Notes under the pieces: model-generated
Told to the model about the DNA's origin: nothing
Database searches by the model: none
Seen by the model: only the letters and a program-made list of their open reading frames with translations
Made by a program: the position numbers and the translations under genes
Part shown: one piece after another, positions 11,661 through 26,199 of the stretch
Numbering within the stretch: the first letter of the stretch is position 1
How the letters are laid out: each line of letters opens with the position of its first letter
Assembly (NCBI GenBank): GCA_013265495.1
Contig: MU061892.1
Location: 1,095,165-1,159,164 of the forward strand
Reading direction: 5' to 3'
Length of the DNA: 64,000 bases
Source: Vicugna vicugna
Taxonomy: Eukaryota

Positions 11661-14600
11661 GATGCCCTCCTAATCTGAACTAAAAATGATGGGGTGGAAA
11701 CAGCTTGGGATGTGGGGTCAGGACTCCAAGACCGCATCCTAGCTCTGGCATTTGCTGTCTTAGTTAACTGTAAAGGTGATGTCCTTATCTAGACAGCAGA
11801 GTTAATGGACCCCTTCCCTGCTGTGTTCCTACAGTAGTTGTAAGAATCAAGTGAGATGGTGTATGTGGAACGCCTAGTGAACTGTAAAACAGGACAGTTG
11901 AAAGGCATTGTTATTGAAGCCATCTTGCCAGAACCTATTAAAATGAACAAGTTGTTTCTTAAGGTTCTTTCTACGTTCATAGAACAAATGATCTATAGGA
12001 AATATCTACCCTTGTCCTTCTGTAGACCTGGGGTACTCACCTTGTTTCCCCTATCAAAGCTTGTTATTTAGAGAAGTTTTGATATTATTTTACCTCTCTT
12101 CAATTCACTTGTGTTTTAAGCCTTACTTCTGATTGTCAAATAAAAGACTTTGTTTCCTGTTAAAGAGAGGATCATCCAATATCCTAGAATCACTGTAGAA
12201 AGTCAAACTCAGCATAGTTGAAGTTCAGATTTAACAAGGGCATCCTCTGACCTACAGGTTCAACTTCATCTCTTGGGTATCTCAGGTGACTACAAAAGGC
12301 AGGTCCCTAGTAAGAGGGTTGCAAGGCAGAGTTGAGTCCAGGTTGAGGGGTTTCCAATGAGTTAAAGCCCAAGCACATGTTACCATCTTCCAGTCAAAGG
12401 TGATTCAAATTGTCACTTCATTAAAACAATCTTAAGCCAGTTAGGGTAACTAGATCACGAGAGCTATTCAGATATTCAGGATCATAGATTGTTGACCACA
12501 CGAATGTCACTTCTAGTTATTTGACTCCCACAAGGCGTGAAAAATAGTTTTTTGAGAAGCCAGTGCAGATTTTGCTTCAAACAAAAAGAACCGGATACTG
12601 GTATCTCACACCCACTCAATCCTCAAGTTAGTATCACCTTTATCACCCTCCACACCGACTGCCTTATCCAACACCATGGGCTGCTTCCAAGAAGTTTTAT
12701 CTTGAATGTCATTGGGACCTCCCAGGGTGGAAGACTTCCAAGGCAAGAGAAATAGCTGTCACTTCAGATTTACTAGAATCTGAAACACAGAATGTGAGTA
12801 CCCACCAAGTGCCTTCGGTGGGATCACTGGTCAATCCAACATTCGAACTCAGATACTGCCAGCGCCCAGATTCAAATGACTAGGCTGTCTCTCTCCAAAA
12901 ACAGCAAATCCCCAGACATCTTTAGCACTCCATGAGGTTACACAACACAGGCCGCTGAGGTCAGATAAGTCTAGTCCTTCCACACACCTTCTCCCCGAGA
13001 AGCCCTTTCTCGCCTTTTGACGACCGATCGTTAGGGTTTTACTAAGCAAGAGCAGACGTGGGGTTTTATGGGCTGAGGTGGTTCTCTGCTGTTTTCGTTC
13101 TGTGAATTTTCTCCAGGTATTGAGAGATGGCAGTGAGATGCCATGTACATATCTGTCATTCCTTTTCCATATTTTCCCATCTAAGCATGATAACATGCAG
13201 ACTTGTACCGTAAGACCAAGCTTCTTGATTTTGGCATCTCTACCACTGGCACTGCCACTCTGTAACAATAATGAGAGTTCGAGTCTCACATGCACTTACT
13301 CCATGTAAGATACAGTGTCTATACACTTATCTTGTGTCTTGTTCAAAATCAAGCAGCTAAGCACCATTTTTCATTCTCACAGGCACTGTACAAGGAGTTC
13401 TGGTTGCCCTGGATCCTTGCCTGCACATGGTATTGGTATGGTCAGGGTTCCTTTTTTTTTTTTTTCATTATAATTGATGTGTAGTAATAGTTCACTGTGG
13501 CTTTAATTTTCATTAAAGGCTAATATTTCTTTAAAAAAAAATCAAGCAGCTAATAATTGGTGGAGCCTGGCTCAAACTCAGTTCTGTTTGGCTACAAAGT
13601 TTTTGTGCTTACCTACTGTATTATATGGCCCTGTAACATGTTGCACTGTAATGCATGCATGTTTGCATGTATAATAGATGTGGGTATGTTATGTATATGT
13701 ACATGTGTGTATAAAAGTATGGATATCTGCATGGAGTGTTTTGTTTCATTAACTTGAAGCAGGTTAGAGTTTTTTATATATCCTAAATAATTTCTGATTT
13801 GGAAGGTGACTGCATACGTAAGAGTCACATGGCATCAACCACACATTTAGGTAGGTATATCTGATAAAAGGTCATTGACAAGGTTTAAGTATGTTCTCTA
13901 TGTCATAAAATACTCCATCTTTTTTCTAGTTTCTATGCTGTCTAACCCATACGTACTGATTTTTCAAAAACCTGTATCAAAGGGAGTGTTACCTGCAAAT
14001 ATTTGCTGCACGACATTTACACAATTGTTTTCACATCTTCTGCACTGTCATCCTCAGCCCAGCAACAGGTCGTGTGACTCTTTAAAATGATTAAACCCTA
14101 TCCTTCAATGTGCTTAAGAAATGATTGTAAGTCGGAGATGGAAATGCGCTTTAAAGATCGCCTACTGAAAATTGAAACAGAACACACTCAAATAAGAGGC
14201 CATACCTGCTTCTTTCCACCCAGGGAGCCTCTGTATGATACAAAACAAAATCCACAGTTACCAAAACAGCCATGATCATCTTGGCAGCATGAGAAGGTAT
14301 CATCAAAACTCCATCATGTTGATTAAACATGATAGTGGTTAAACAGACACCACTGGAGAATGTTTGGCGTCTCCTGAGGTTCACTGGGGAGGAGCAGCTG
14401 TTGCCTCTCCCAGATAGAGTGACACGTTCTGGGAGAAAGAGAGTCCTAGTTAGAGAGAAATTAATTCCCTTACCCTCCAGCCCACCCCAAAAGCAAAAAC
14501 ACTGCTAGAAAATTTCAAACTGTGATAATAAAAAGGTCAAATCCCTTTTGGATATAGTGATTACCTCAGTTTCATAGGATATGTTTTTCTTCTGCTTCAC

Positions 14601-14722
14601 AAATACCAAGAGAATCACTTTCAACCCATAGCATGTGCAGTGGATTCATATCTTTACATTCAAGCATTTCTTGAATATGTTTACATTAAACACATTAAAG
14701 AAAATGTCAAACTTTAGTGGAG

Positions 14723-14785
14723 TTTATTTAATATCTGAAGCATCTTATGGCACACTTGCATCCTTATTATTAGTTTTTATTTATT
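14723..14785 (-). promoter_or_regulatory. ASB15: Candidate distal ASB15 polyadenylation signals
   Basis: AATAAA on the minus strand at 14723-14728 and overlapping pair at 14776-14785; U/GU-rich sequence downstream (minus-strand TTTTCTTTAATGTGTTTAATGT). These are the first AATAAA hexamers I found after the stop. Confidence 0.55.
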
Positions 14786-15204
14786 TAGAGTAATATTTGT
14801 GGGTAATAATGTATTTTAGCCACAAGTCGGAGAGCAACAGAGGAATTGTGAAATCCCATACATAAAACATTATAGTTCTAATTAAATATATTAGAATTTA
14901 ATTTATATACAAATATATCCTTTAGGGAATATAAGCAGTTAAAACCATAGCTCTACTTAAACAGTTTTTTTTTCATACTTAGTTATCTTTCAAAAATAAC
15001 TAAAGGTAAATACAATTTGAAAAGTTCATAAACCAGTGAGGTACTACTGTTGAAAGAATACAATAACTCTTAAGATAAAATAACTATAAAAAAATCTAGA
15101 AAAATGAATCTAAGTCATTACATTATTAAGGCTATGTATCAATTCAGTGATTCAAAACTATCATTTTACCATGAGGTGACTGATTACTTTTGTCTGGGAC
15201 TTAT

Positions 15205-16800
15205 ATAACATTCACTCATTCAATATATTCAACAAATAATTTTGGAACGCTCTCTGTGCTCTAGGGAATGTGCTTGGCCTTAAAAAACACTGCAAAATAA
15301 GTCAGACATAGGCCCTGCCCTCAGAGAGCTTACAGTCTAGTGGGGCAGACGGATGGGAACACAGGCATCTATGATACAGCATGAGAAGTACTGGGGCCTC
15401 CCATCCTAGAGGAAGGAACATCTAAGCTGAAACCTGTAGGATAAAGGGTGGAGAAGGGAAAAGGGAGGCGGAAAGAGGATTCCACGCAGAAGAAGAAGGA
15501 AATGCAAAGACCCTGAGGTGTAAGAGAGCCTGGTCTCTTCTACAACAGTGCTTCCCAAACAAAAGGCTTCAGAGACTTGTTGGGCCAGGATGAAATTTTC
15601 ACCCAGCAGTGGGGAAATAAAGACAGTTTACTAAGTCTTTCCAAAGCTCAAGTCACTCAATTTTTATAATCGAGTTTAAGGCAGCCCCATTTTGTGGCAC
15701 TAAAATGGCCCCTCTTTTGTGTTTCACTGACAGAGGTAATAGTAGATGTAACAGATGTCCCAATTTTTAAAATTAGTAAAACAAAAAGTGCCGATGTATA
15801 AAATCGAAAATCACTGTTCGAAGAATAAACTTACAAAAGGTATTTAATATGGTAAGACATTAAGAGATAAGACTAAGGAGGAAGTCACGGAGTTAGATCA
15901 TGAAGGGCCATGGAAGACCTTTGGACTTTATCCTCAGAGCAGTGGGAATGGTTTTAAGCAGGGGAGTGAAACTTGCTTACATCTGTGAAAGAGCACTCCA
16001 GGATGTGGTGTAGAATATGCGTGGGGTGGGGCAAGAGAGCCGAGAGGAAGACCAGGTAGGCAGCACTGCAGTCCCCCAGGAAGAAAGCTGGTGTGGGGGC
16101 TGACTCAGTGAACCTGAGGCAAAGAAGATGACTTCATGAAGTAAACTGACCAGGGTCTGGTGATTTGTTATGTTGAGTAAGGAAAACCGATAGGCAAGGC
16201 TGATGTCCAGGCTTTTGACTTGATAATTGGGTTAACTATTGATAACCGGGTTAACTATTGAGCTAGAGAATGTAAGAGAAGGAGACCTTTAGTGGAGGAA
16301 GACAGTGAGTTCATTTCAGGACCTGCTGAATTTGAGGTATCTTTGTATTCAAATGTCCTTTATGCCAACAGTCTACTTAGGTCTCAAGCGCATAGGAGGA
16401 AAAGCTGAACTTCGGATATAAACTTTACAGTCAACAGCATGTAGACAGTCACTGAAACCACGGACATGGGTGAAATGTCCAGGAGAACATAGCATAAAAA
16501 GAGACTTCAGACAAAGGAAGGGCTGGCCGGAGATGAGAAAGAAGCCAGAGACAGAGTCAGGGAGGTAGGAACATTCACTGAAATTAGCAACAAGGAAGTT
16601 ACTAAGGACCTTGAGAAGGGCAGTGAGGGAGCAGAAGCCAGATGACAGTGTGCGAATCTGCAGACAGGAAGGGGCTCTTTTACACAGGGCGGTGATAAAA
16701 GACAGGAGAGAATGGGCCAGCAACCTGCTGGAGATGTGGAGAAAATGGTTGTTTTATAAACATAGGAGAGACTTGATAGGGAGAGTTTGAAGACTTGTTG
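15205..16800 (-). mobile_element. Fragmented L2 (sense to ASB15) in the predicted 3' UTR
   Basis: CATTCACTCATTCAATATATTCAACAAATA (L2 3' end reversed), CCCTGCCCTCAGAGAGCTTACAGTCTAGTGGGG and further GA-rich L2 text. Confidence 0.7.
15546..15816. mobile_element. hAT-Charlie-type non-autonomous element nested in the L2
   Basis: Ends CAGTGCTTCCCAAAC ... GAAAATCACTG; flanks TTCTACAA/TTCGAAGA fit a decayed 8-bp NTCTAGAN Charlie target duplication. Confidence 0.55.
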
Positions 16801-17021
16801 CAAGCAAAAATAATCAATAGAGATTCAAATACAAAATATTGACTAGCTTAAAAAAATCACAATGTAAAGGTCTTTAGAGATGTCAAATATGGTGTTCCTA
16901 TAAGAACACAGGATCCAGTTATAAAATCATCAATGGATTTAAATACACGCAAGGATGTGAAATGATGCCAAGAAATTCTGAGGGAATCCCATTTAAAGAT
17001 ATTTTAAAATACTATTTTAAA

Positions 17022-17348
<327 letters not shown>

Positions 17349-17799
17349 TTAAGCCTTCCAGACGATTCGTTTAGAATGTAAGCTCCACAGAGGCAGACAG
17401 TCTCCCTCTGTGTCAGGGAAGAGAGTCTGGCTCCTAAGGGGTCTTCAACTAGAATATGTTAAATGAATGAATGGACTTGATTGAAGAAAGTTAATGCTCA
17501 ACTCTCCTATTTATTTTTTAAAATGAGTATTTTAGAGATAGATAGACTTCTGTACTTCCTCTCTCTCCTACCAATCTTTCTGATGAATAATTATCTGTGA
17601 AACATCTGATGCAAATGATTCCATACGTCCATGATTCAGTCTTAGGTTTGTTTCATGTCTAATACCTAGACATTTTATATTTTCAATAAAATCTATGAAT
17701 GTTATTCAAATATCTGGTGCCAGTCTTTATTTTCCACTCTTACATCAGCTATAGTATAATTACAGTCCTGATCTATTATCCCAGCAATGCGAGCTAATG

Positions 17800-18035
17800 A
17801 AAAGGCAGCATTGCATACCAGCTTGGATGTGGGCTCTGGACTTGGACAGCTTGGACTTTAAAATCCTGGCTCTGCCAGGCAGAATTTGTATGACCTTGGA
17901 CAAGTTACTTAACCTCTGTGGTCTCAGGATTCTCATCTGTGAAATGTGGGTAACAATGGGACCCACCGCATAGAAGAGCAAACAAATCAATTCATGTAGA
18001 GTATAGAAAAGTGCTTGGTACATTCAATAATGTGA
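17800..18035 (+). mobile_element. MIR SINE
   Basis: TGACCTTGGACAAGTTACTTAACCTCTGTGGTCTCAGGATTCTCATCTGTGAAATG core. Confidence 0.85.
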
Positions 18036-18619
18036 ACTCAATTCAATAATAAAAGAGATCACGTTTCAGTTACAGTCAAGATTAGAAACATTTAAATTAT
18101 CTTGAAAAAAATTAAAAGTGTTTTTCAAAAACTAGTGACGCAAAGTTTTTGTGACCAAAATGGGCAGAATAAACCCAGCTTTTTTTTTTTAATTACCATT
18201 TTATTTTTTTTTCCCCTAACAATACGCTGGCGTATGTATACCTGGAGGAATCCTGACATCCAGTGGTTAATCATCCTCATAGCAACCAACTGACTTAACT
18301 AGTTGCAATGACGTATGACTGAAACAACAACAACAAAAATTCTTACTTGAATTGCTTTCCCAAAGTCATAAGAATTGATTGTTCTTTTGCAATACAAACA
18401 CAGAACAATTAATTACCAATTAGAAGCAAAATCTATTCTATGACGGGAAGCACAGTGGTACTGAAGAAAGCGCCTGTGTTTTGAAGTGAGACAGACGAGG
18501 CGTTCAAATTATTTATTTTTTATGTTTATAACTTTGGGAAATTAATTTATCTAAGCATTAGGGGTTTTTTTCCTTTACAATCTCCAAAATGTTTTAACTC
18601 TTCTATTGTAAAATAAAAT

Positions 18620-21060
18620 ATAGATAAAACAACTACACAAACATATAGTTTCTCAAGTTATTATAAGTGATTATCAGGTGAACATCTTTAATCAACTCCC
18701 AGGTCATGAACAGAAGGACTTCCTTAGCCACCCCAGAATTCCCTCCACAATCCATCCCAAACTGCATTCCTTCCTCCCCTGTAAGGAACTACTATTCTGA
18801 CTTTGACAGTAATCACTTCCTTATATATATATTTAAAATCGGTTATGTTCTTTAAGTCTATTTTAATCTGCAAGTTCTTCTTTCCAGACCCTTCTCTTCC
18901 TTTCAATTAGTCTTTGAAGATCTAAAATGCTGTCATTTCTCACAACCTGATTTTTGCTGACTGGATTTTTATGGTGTGGTTCCGTGTCCAACTGCCTTGT
19001 CTACTTGCAGACTGATAGCTGGATCCAGAGGCTTGATCAGACTCAGCGTTGATCTCTTTGGCAAAACTACAGCTGGTGCTGCATCCTTTCACCACAGGCT
19101 ACGTCATGGGATATAAGCAGCAACTGATGCTCACTGATCACATCCATGGGCTTACTAGGGGCTGCAAAATGGTGGCATCTAATTATATCATATCTTTTTT
19201 ATTTCTTCTTTGGAATATTTGTATAAAAGGATACTTTTGCTCATGTATTCTTTGGTTACTGGTGGCACAAATCATATACATAAGGCAGAATAAATGCTTG
19301 ACTCTTTTCCTTCATTCGTTTTCAAGACAATGAATTGATTTTCTTATCCTGTGGACCTGATCAATTTTTAAAATAACACATTTAAACATATTTAATTGGT
19401 TTCAGTTCACTGAAATAATGATTCTTTCAAAGTTTAAATTGTCCCATCTTTGACCAATGGGAGCCTCGAGCTGGCTCCTGAATTCTTTGGACATGATTCT
19501 GGTAGTCTCTGAGTTCCTTGTTATCTGGCATGACCGGATACACCCAACTCACCTTGCATACTTCCTTCCCCAGATCTAAAATCATCCATTTCTCCAAGAA
19601 ACTCTGGTTTCTTTTTCTAGGAAGTGGTACTTCAAAGCCACAGTCTGGGTGCTAAGGATGCTCACTGCTACTGGGCCTCTCAATATTTCTAAGTCTTTTT
19701 TGTAGACAGATACACACACACACACATATGCCTTCAAGGTAAAATAGTTTATGAGTTCACATTGGGAGTTCCAATTCAAATTCAGGACTTCAGAATTTTT
19801 GTTTAAGCGCTTCCATACTACACCTGTATTTCCTTTCTTCCACACTGGCAATCCTGGTTCTCAAGGATGCAAAGAATAATAGAATTAGAGTATCCTATGT
19901 GCTGACTACATTCCTCATTCTCAGCATAACAATGTTAATATTATGCCAACACCAGTAAAATTTCTGAGCTCTGCGAAAAATGTCTGTGTGTGTGCTCTCT
20001 CCATTTTTCTCCCATTTAAAATAGTTGTGTCATATCGACACTATCTGACGGTATAACCAATATTTCTTCTCCATTGTAACTTTCACTTAGTCTTGGTGTT
20101 CGGTTTCATGCTGACTACTAGTCCTCGTGTCATTATCTCTTTAGTCATTTTGGTTTCTCTGAAGCTTATTTTTGAGTAGATTCTTGAGAAGGTGATCAGA
20201 AGAGTAATATTGTTTGAGAGCATCCTTTTTTTCCCCTTACAAATCACTTGTTCTCATATAGTAATTTGTAATCTTCAGTTTCAAATCCTTCTTTTTCTAT
20301 TACAGAAGGTTTTTTGAAGTACAAGTTTTTGTATTTGTTCCATTCCTTTGATTTGGTTTTCCTTTTCAGGAAATTCTTTTCCTTGCCTGTATTCAATATC
20401 TGTCACTGTCTTTCAAATCCTTTTATCTATTCTTTTATTCCTATTTTATTTTTAAAATTTCCTTCCATTTCATCTTCTATTTCTCCTGAGGCATTATTTA
20501 TTGCATTATTAATTCTTGCTTTCATTCCAGTTCAGTCCTCATATTTGTAATTAATTTTTTGTTTTTTATTTCTATTTCTTTCCTCAGTTCTGTTACCTCA
20601 TATCTGAATTTTTCTAATTCTGACTTGTGTAGTTCTTTCATGTCTTATGTCATTTCCTTATGACTTTTAGCTTGTTTTGAAACAGGGTTTCAGTTTTAAT
20701 CTGTTCTAAGGGCATGTCTTTCTGTGCTTTTATTGTCTGTGGGGATGTTACTCTGTTCCTCTTTCTATTTTTTCTTATAATAAGTTTATATGGGATTTGA
20801 CTGGGTTACTTTCCTGTTGCTCATTATTATATGAATCTCTGGAAGCATGCTTGATTCATGATAGCTCTTCTAACTTTACGGAGCTCCCTATTCTGTTGTC
20901 TTCTTGCAATGACCCAGAATATGGTGGCTGCTCCCTGAGGAGCAGGTTTCCTGGTTCTCTTTGCTGCCCACCACGTTTATGTGGACTCTCACATCTCAGT
21001 CCTACTTGATTTTGACTTTACTCCCAATGTGGGCCTTGGTTCAGAAAGGGAGCCCTGACG
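18620..21060 (-). mobile_element. Ancient L1ME-type fragments in the last ASB15 intron
   Basis: T-rich degenerate antisense L1 text, e.g. ACTACTATTCTGACTTT, CCCATCTTTGACCAATGGGAGCC, CATTTCTCCAAGAAACTCTGG. Confidence 0.6.
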
Positions 21061-21257
21061 GGCCAGTTTCAAGACTTCGTAGAGTCCAAATTATTCTGTA
21101 ATTCCCCCTTAGCCTTAGTTTTTATTTATGAAAATTAGCAATGATAACACCTAATCTACAAGTCGTGGGGATTTCATGACATGCTTTACATATACATTTC
21201 AGATACTTCATATAAACTTACCATGTAATAAAAGTAACAGAAAAATACTAATAATTT

Positions 21258-21334
21258 GGGGGATGTATACCTCAGTGGTGGAGTGTGTATTTAGCATGCA
21301 TGAGGTCCTGGGTTCAATCGTTGGAATCACCATA
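21258..21334 (+). mobile_element. tRNA-derived SINE (Vic-1-like) with 17-bp TSD
   Basis: GGGGGATGTATACCTCAGTGGTGG...GGTCCTGGGTTCAATC; AAAAATACTAATAATTT (21241-21257) vs AAAAATACTAATCATTT (21335-21351). Confidence 0.88.
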
Positions 21335-22872
21335 AAAAATACTAATCATTTAGTTTTAAAAATAGCTAAATTTATTAAGTGTTCTCAATGTTGTAGACAT
21401 TAAGCTAAGCACCTTACATGTATCATCTCTTTAAATCCCCACAACTACCTTATAAGGTAAATATGAGCTCCATTTTGCAGTGCAAAATCCTTGGCATAAA
21501 AAGAATAAGTAACTAGCTGAAAGTCACATAGTTAGTATGTCTATCTTGGTCTTTTAACAATAAATAAAAAATTCCCCTCCCCTCAGTGAAACAAAAATGA
21601 TACAATAAATCGCTGTTTCTATGAAAATATCAGCCCTGATTGACATATGCACTCTACAGCCGAGGAATCCTACAGAGCCCCATCCCATTCTAAGTCTGTC
21701 TGACCCCAGAGATCAATTTCTAGGTTCACAGTACAATATTACCCATTAGGTCCTCTAAGGTTCCTGTTTTAGTTCCAGGGGAAGAGCCATTTGAGGAAGA
21801 TCCAAGCCTACCTCCAAATCTGCATTAAGCTGAACTATCACTCTAGCCAATCAAAGTCTCCATCCCTCTGCCCATCTACATCTTTTGCTATCGTGGTCAG
21901 AGTAGTCCAGATTCCGATTGTACACTTTAATGTGTGAGACTCTGATTGAAACAAAGTGCTTAGATGAAGACCACTATATCATTCATGTTTCTTTTTATAG
22001 AACTTTATATGTAACGAACATGGTACATGAACCAGTTCAACATTTCAGTTTCATCTTCTTGACTATAAAATATAATCTGCTACTTTGCATAAAATTTGCC
22101 TGATCCTAAAGAAAAGGCTGCTGTGGTTTTGTTATCCCATTCAAGGCTGATTTAGGTGTATTCAGAGTGCCAGAATATTTAAATGCAATGTCAAGTACTA
22201 TGATGCTTCTTTAGGCTCTATGAAATTGATGTCCAAGTAGGTTCTGAAAGCTCATTTTCCAAACTCATATGTTGAAAGAGAAAACTTTTCCAATTTTTTT
22301 TCTAATTTCTTTTTGTATTTGGAGTAATTTTAGATACATCGTATTGAAACTTTTATGGTAGGATTCACTTGTATGATTATAACTAAACTTCAAGCTAGAG
22401 AATACAAATGGCCTGCTTGTAATAGGTTTTTGATGGTAAGAATTTGTCAGTAAAGACCCAGAGAGAGCATATCAAAAAGGATGATTCTAATTCATTCCAT
22501 TCGTTCATTTACTCAGTATTTACTGAGTATCTAGGCATTATGCTAAGCCTTGAGAATACAGAAATAAGCAAAACAGATGCCTGCCCACATGGAGATTACA
22601 ATCTATATACTTTATACTTTTAAAAAATGAGTTCTAGTCAGAATGTTAAAATAGTTACAGTGTTATTCATTACACAGTTAAAGAGTTGGAAAGTATCAAA
22701 AAAAGCAAGAAATTAGTATCTTACATCAGAGGAAGTATTAAGGATGATTTTTAAAAAACCAGGTAATTCTGAAAATAAGGTAGCACTGAAAAAGTATCAA
22801 AGACAACATTAAGAAACTTCCCCTATATACATTCTTCATAAAAATTTTTGTAGGCAAAACTTGTGCTTTTAC

Positions 22873-23026
22873 CTAGTATTTGACGGATTTCTGGCCATTC
22901 TCTCTGTACTTCTAGTGCCGATTTCAGCTTAGCACACAGAGGGATATAATCCATGTAATCTATTAATACACGAATAACGCTGCCTACCAAGTGTTTCATC
23001 CACGGAACTGTAATAAACTCACAGAA
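22873..23026 (-). CDS. ASB15: ASB15 coding exon 8
   Basis: CTCTCAG|TTC ... CTAG|GTAAAA; [51 protein letters not shown]; 154 nt, phase 0 to 1 (missed by the ORF track). Confidence 0.95.
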
Positions 23027-23404
23027 CTGAGAGAAGCGATAAAATTTAATTTAGCAGTACTTTTAATATATCACATACACAAACAATTTTGTTATGAAAA
23101 ATTACTATTCTTGTCTTCTTACAGGAACTAAAAATACCCTCCTTGTAACGAACAAAAAAGAAAAATAAGCTGCCTGTATCTGTGCAACTATGAGCCCTGA
23201 CGCATGCATGGTTTTGATGTGATTGTACTCAACATTACGTGGGAGAATCATGCTACTTTCCATGATCCTTCTTTCCATGCTTCTAGCCCCAGCATTCCAC
23301 CGAATAAGCATAAATTATCAATTGCATACATTTTCACATTCTTCTACATTCAGTTTCCAGTTAAAGAAAAATACAATCTTTTTTTTGGCCTAGTTTTATG
23401 CTTA

Positions 23405-24163
<759 letters not shown>

Positions 24164-25737
24164 TTAAATAAGCCAGCTCCCTCACTAGACAAAAGAATTC
24201 ATTTTGTTTAGTTTCTTGTATTTTCTCTAGATAATCTTACACAAAACATTTAACCTTCGTCCATTGACTTCCTACTATTCAGTTTAATGGAATTTAGTTT
24301 TGATTTAGCTTCTTCCCATTCTAAATATTCCTGGGGAACATGCTGGATCTTACATATTTGGTCCTAGAATTGTGGTTCCTCAGGAACCCTCACCATTTTC
24401 CAACTCTTCTCTGAACAACATAATATTTATAATCAACCAATGCTCTTTAATGAAAAAAAAATAGAAAAGCTAGCCCATCTGATGCCATAGAAGATTGCTT
24501 CATACTCTTGACCATTAGAGTCATGGAGTCACAGAAGTTAGAGCTGGAAGTGACCTTGGACATTACTTGGTCCAATCCCTTTATGTAACAGAAGAGCCAT
24601 ATGAAGTCTTGAGAAGTGAAATGATTTGTCCAAGGTCGCACAGATGTGGAGCAATGACTAGAATTCAGGCCTCTTGAATTCTCATTTGTTACTCCTCTTT
24701 CACTGCTTCCTGAGCAATCTATGCTTTAATACTGGCCATGGACATCCTGACTGCTTCCATATTCTTTGAAATTGAATTATCAGTAACAAGAAGAGTCTCT
24801 ATTGTTTCCTCAACCTTACATCAGTCCCATTGAGATAACTAACTACAGCTCATGTTTGTTACGTTAGTTGTGAATTTCTCACTTGATTTACCGACTGGAC
24901 ATGTATGAGAACCACAGGCGGGGATAACTTGATCCCCTGTGCCTAATTCGGAGCTACTATGTGTGAATTTATGAACACTGGGAGTAAATCCAGCTAAACT
25001 TGAACAACGTGCCACTTAGCATCAATTACGCATCATTGGCCACTTAGCCACTGCCACTACTGAAAGTGATAAAGGCTAATGATTTCAAAGTTTTTGAACT
25101 TGGGAAATATATTCAATTGCCAAAAACCAACCTTTCATGATGGGTAGTTTAGTATAATGATTATAGATTTCTATTGATGTGTTGGTCATGGCACATTTTG
25201 TAATTTAAAAATATATTCAACCAATTTTGGGGAATAAATAAATCTAAATTTATAATAAAACTTCTTTATTCAAGGATAAATTTGACATTATATTATATTA
25301 TAATTATATTATTATGTTATAATATCTATAGGTATTGGTAAAATTGGGCTAATACTGATAGTATTGTTACAAATTTTAATCCTTTGCCAAAGGGGCAATT
25401 TTTAGAAACCCTGTAACTCTTTGCTAAACATATTTTTTAAAAAACCAGAAAAGTACATTTGGGTGGCTTGTGCAGAATTCCCACTTATAACTTACTTTCT
25501 TCTAAAAGAAAATCTCTTCATTGTAAGTATAGTATAAATTCAATGTGGAAATTTTATTAAGTACAGGATATAAAACAAAGGGGAAACTCAAAGATATATT
25601 TAGATATACAAAACTTACGAACATTTTGCCTTTTTCTTTTTGGATTTTAAGAGGTGTGCAAACAGATTTAGGATTATACTGTATATATCATTTTGTATTT
25701 TTCAACTTGAAATGATCATCTTATGATTTATTACTTA

Positions 25738-25998
<261 letters not shown>

Positions 25999-26199
25999 TT
26001 AAGACTTGAAAGTAAAAGTACAGAATTAAGAAATCTGTGTTTTGTCTTTTCACTAAACAAGCATGCATCATGTTTCACTTGTCAGAAAATCTTTCCGTTA
26101 CAAGAACACTGAAGAAATCAACAAGTCCATTTCCATGACAGGCAAATGCTGCCAGAAAAAGGTATAGTTAGACTTTTAAAGACAGCAAGTGACACTCTG

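Larger units (their letters stand above)
14700..17021 (-). other. ASB15: Predicted ASB15 3' UTR (long form, about 2.3 kb)
   Basis: From stop codon to the AATAAA cluster; a proximal ATTAAA at 15843-15848 could give a shorter form. Confidence 0.5.

Noticed and set aside
12849-13295. 148-aa minus ORF and a possible plus-strand exon (13117-13209, TTTTCTCCAG...CC|GTAAGA)
   Set aside because: No recognisable protein. Isolated splice-like motifs are expected by chance dozens of times in 64 kb, as are the perfect donors at 7170 and 59050. An antisense lncRNA cannot be shown without RNA data.
16221-16258. 19-bp tandem micro-duplication (also the 11-bp one at 53825-53846)
   Set aside because: Ordinary slippage products with no evident function.
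21258-21334. tRNA gene
   Set aside because: A and B boxes are present, but the copy has a TSD and A tail and no proper cloverleaf; it is a SINE, as are the three similar copies.
24880-25060. Small hairpin (GGGGAT-AACTTG-ATCCCC) and possible snoRNA or ancient repeat
   Set aside because: Stem too short, no C/D or H/ACA boxes in proper arrangement, and no family recognised.
25221-25230. Perfect CArG box CCAATTTTGG in an ASB15 intron
   Set aside because: Several are expected by chance at this AT content, and there are no supporting neighbouring motifs.
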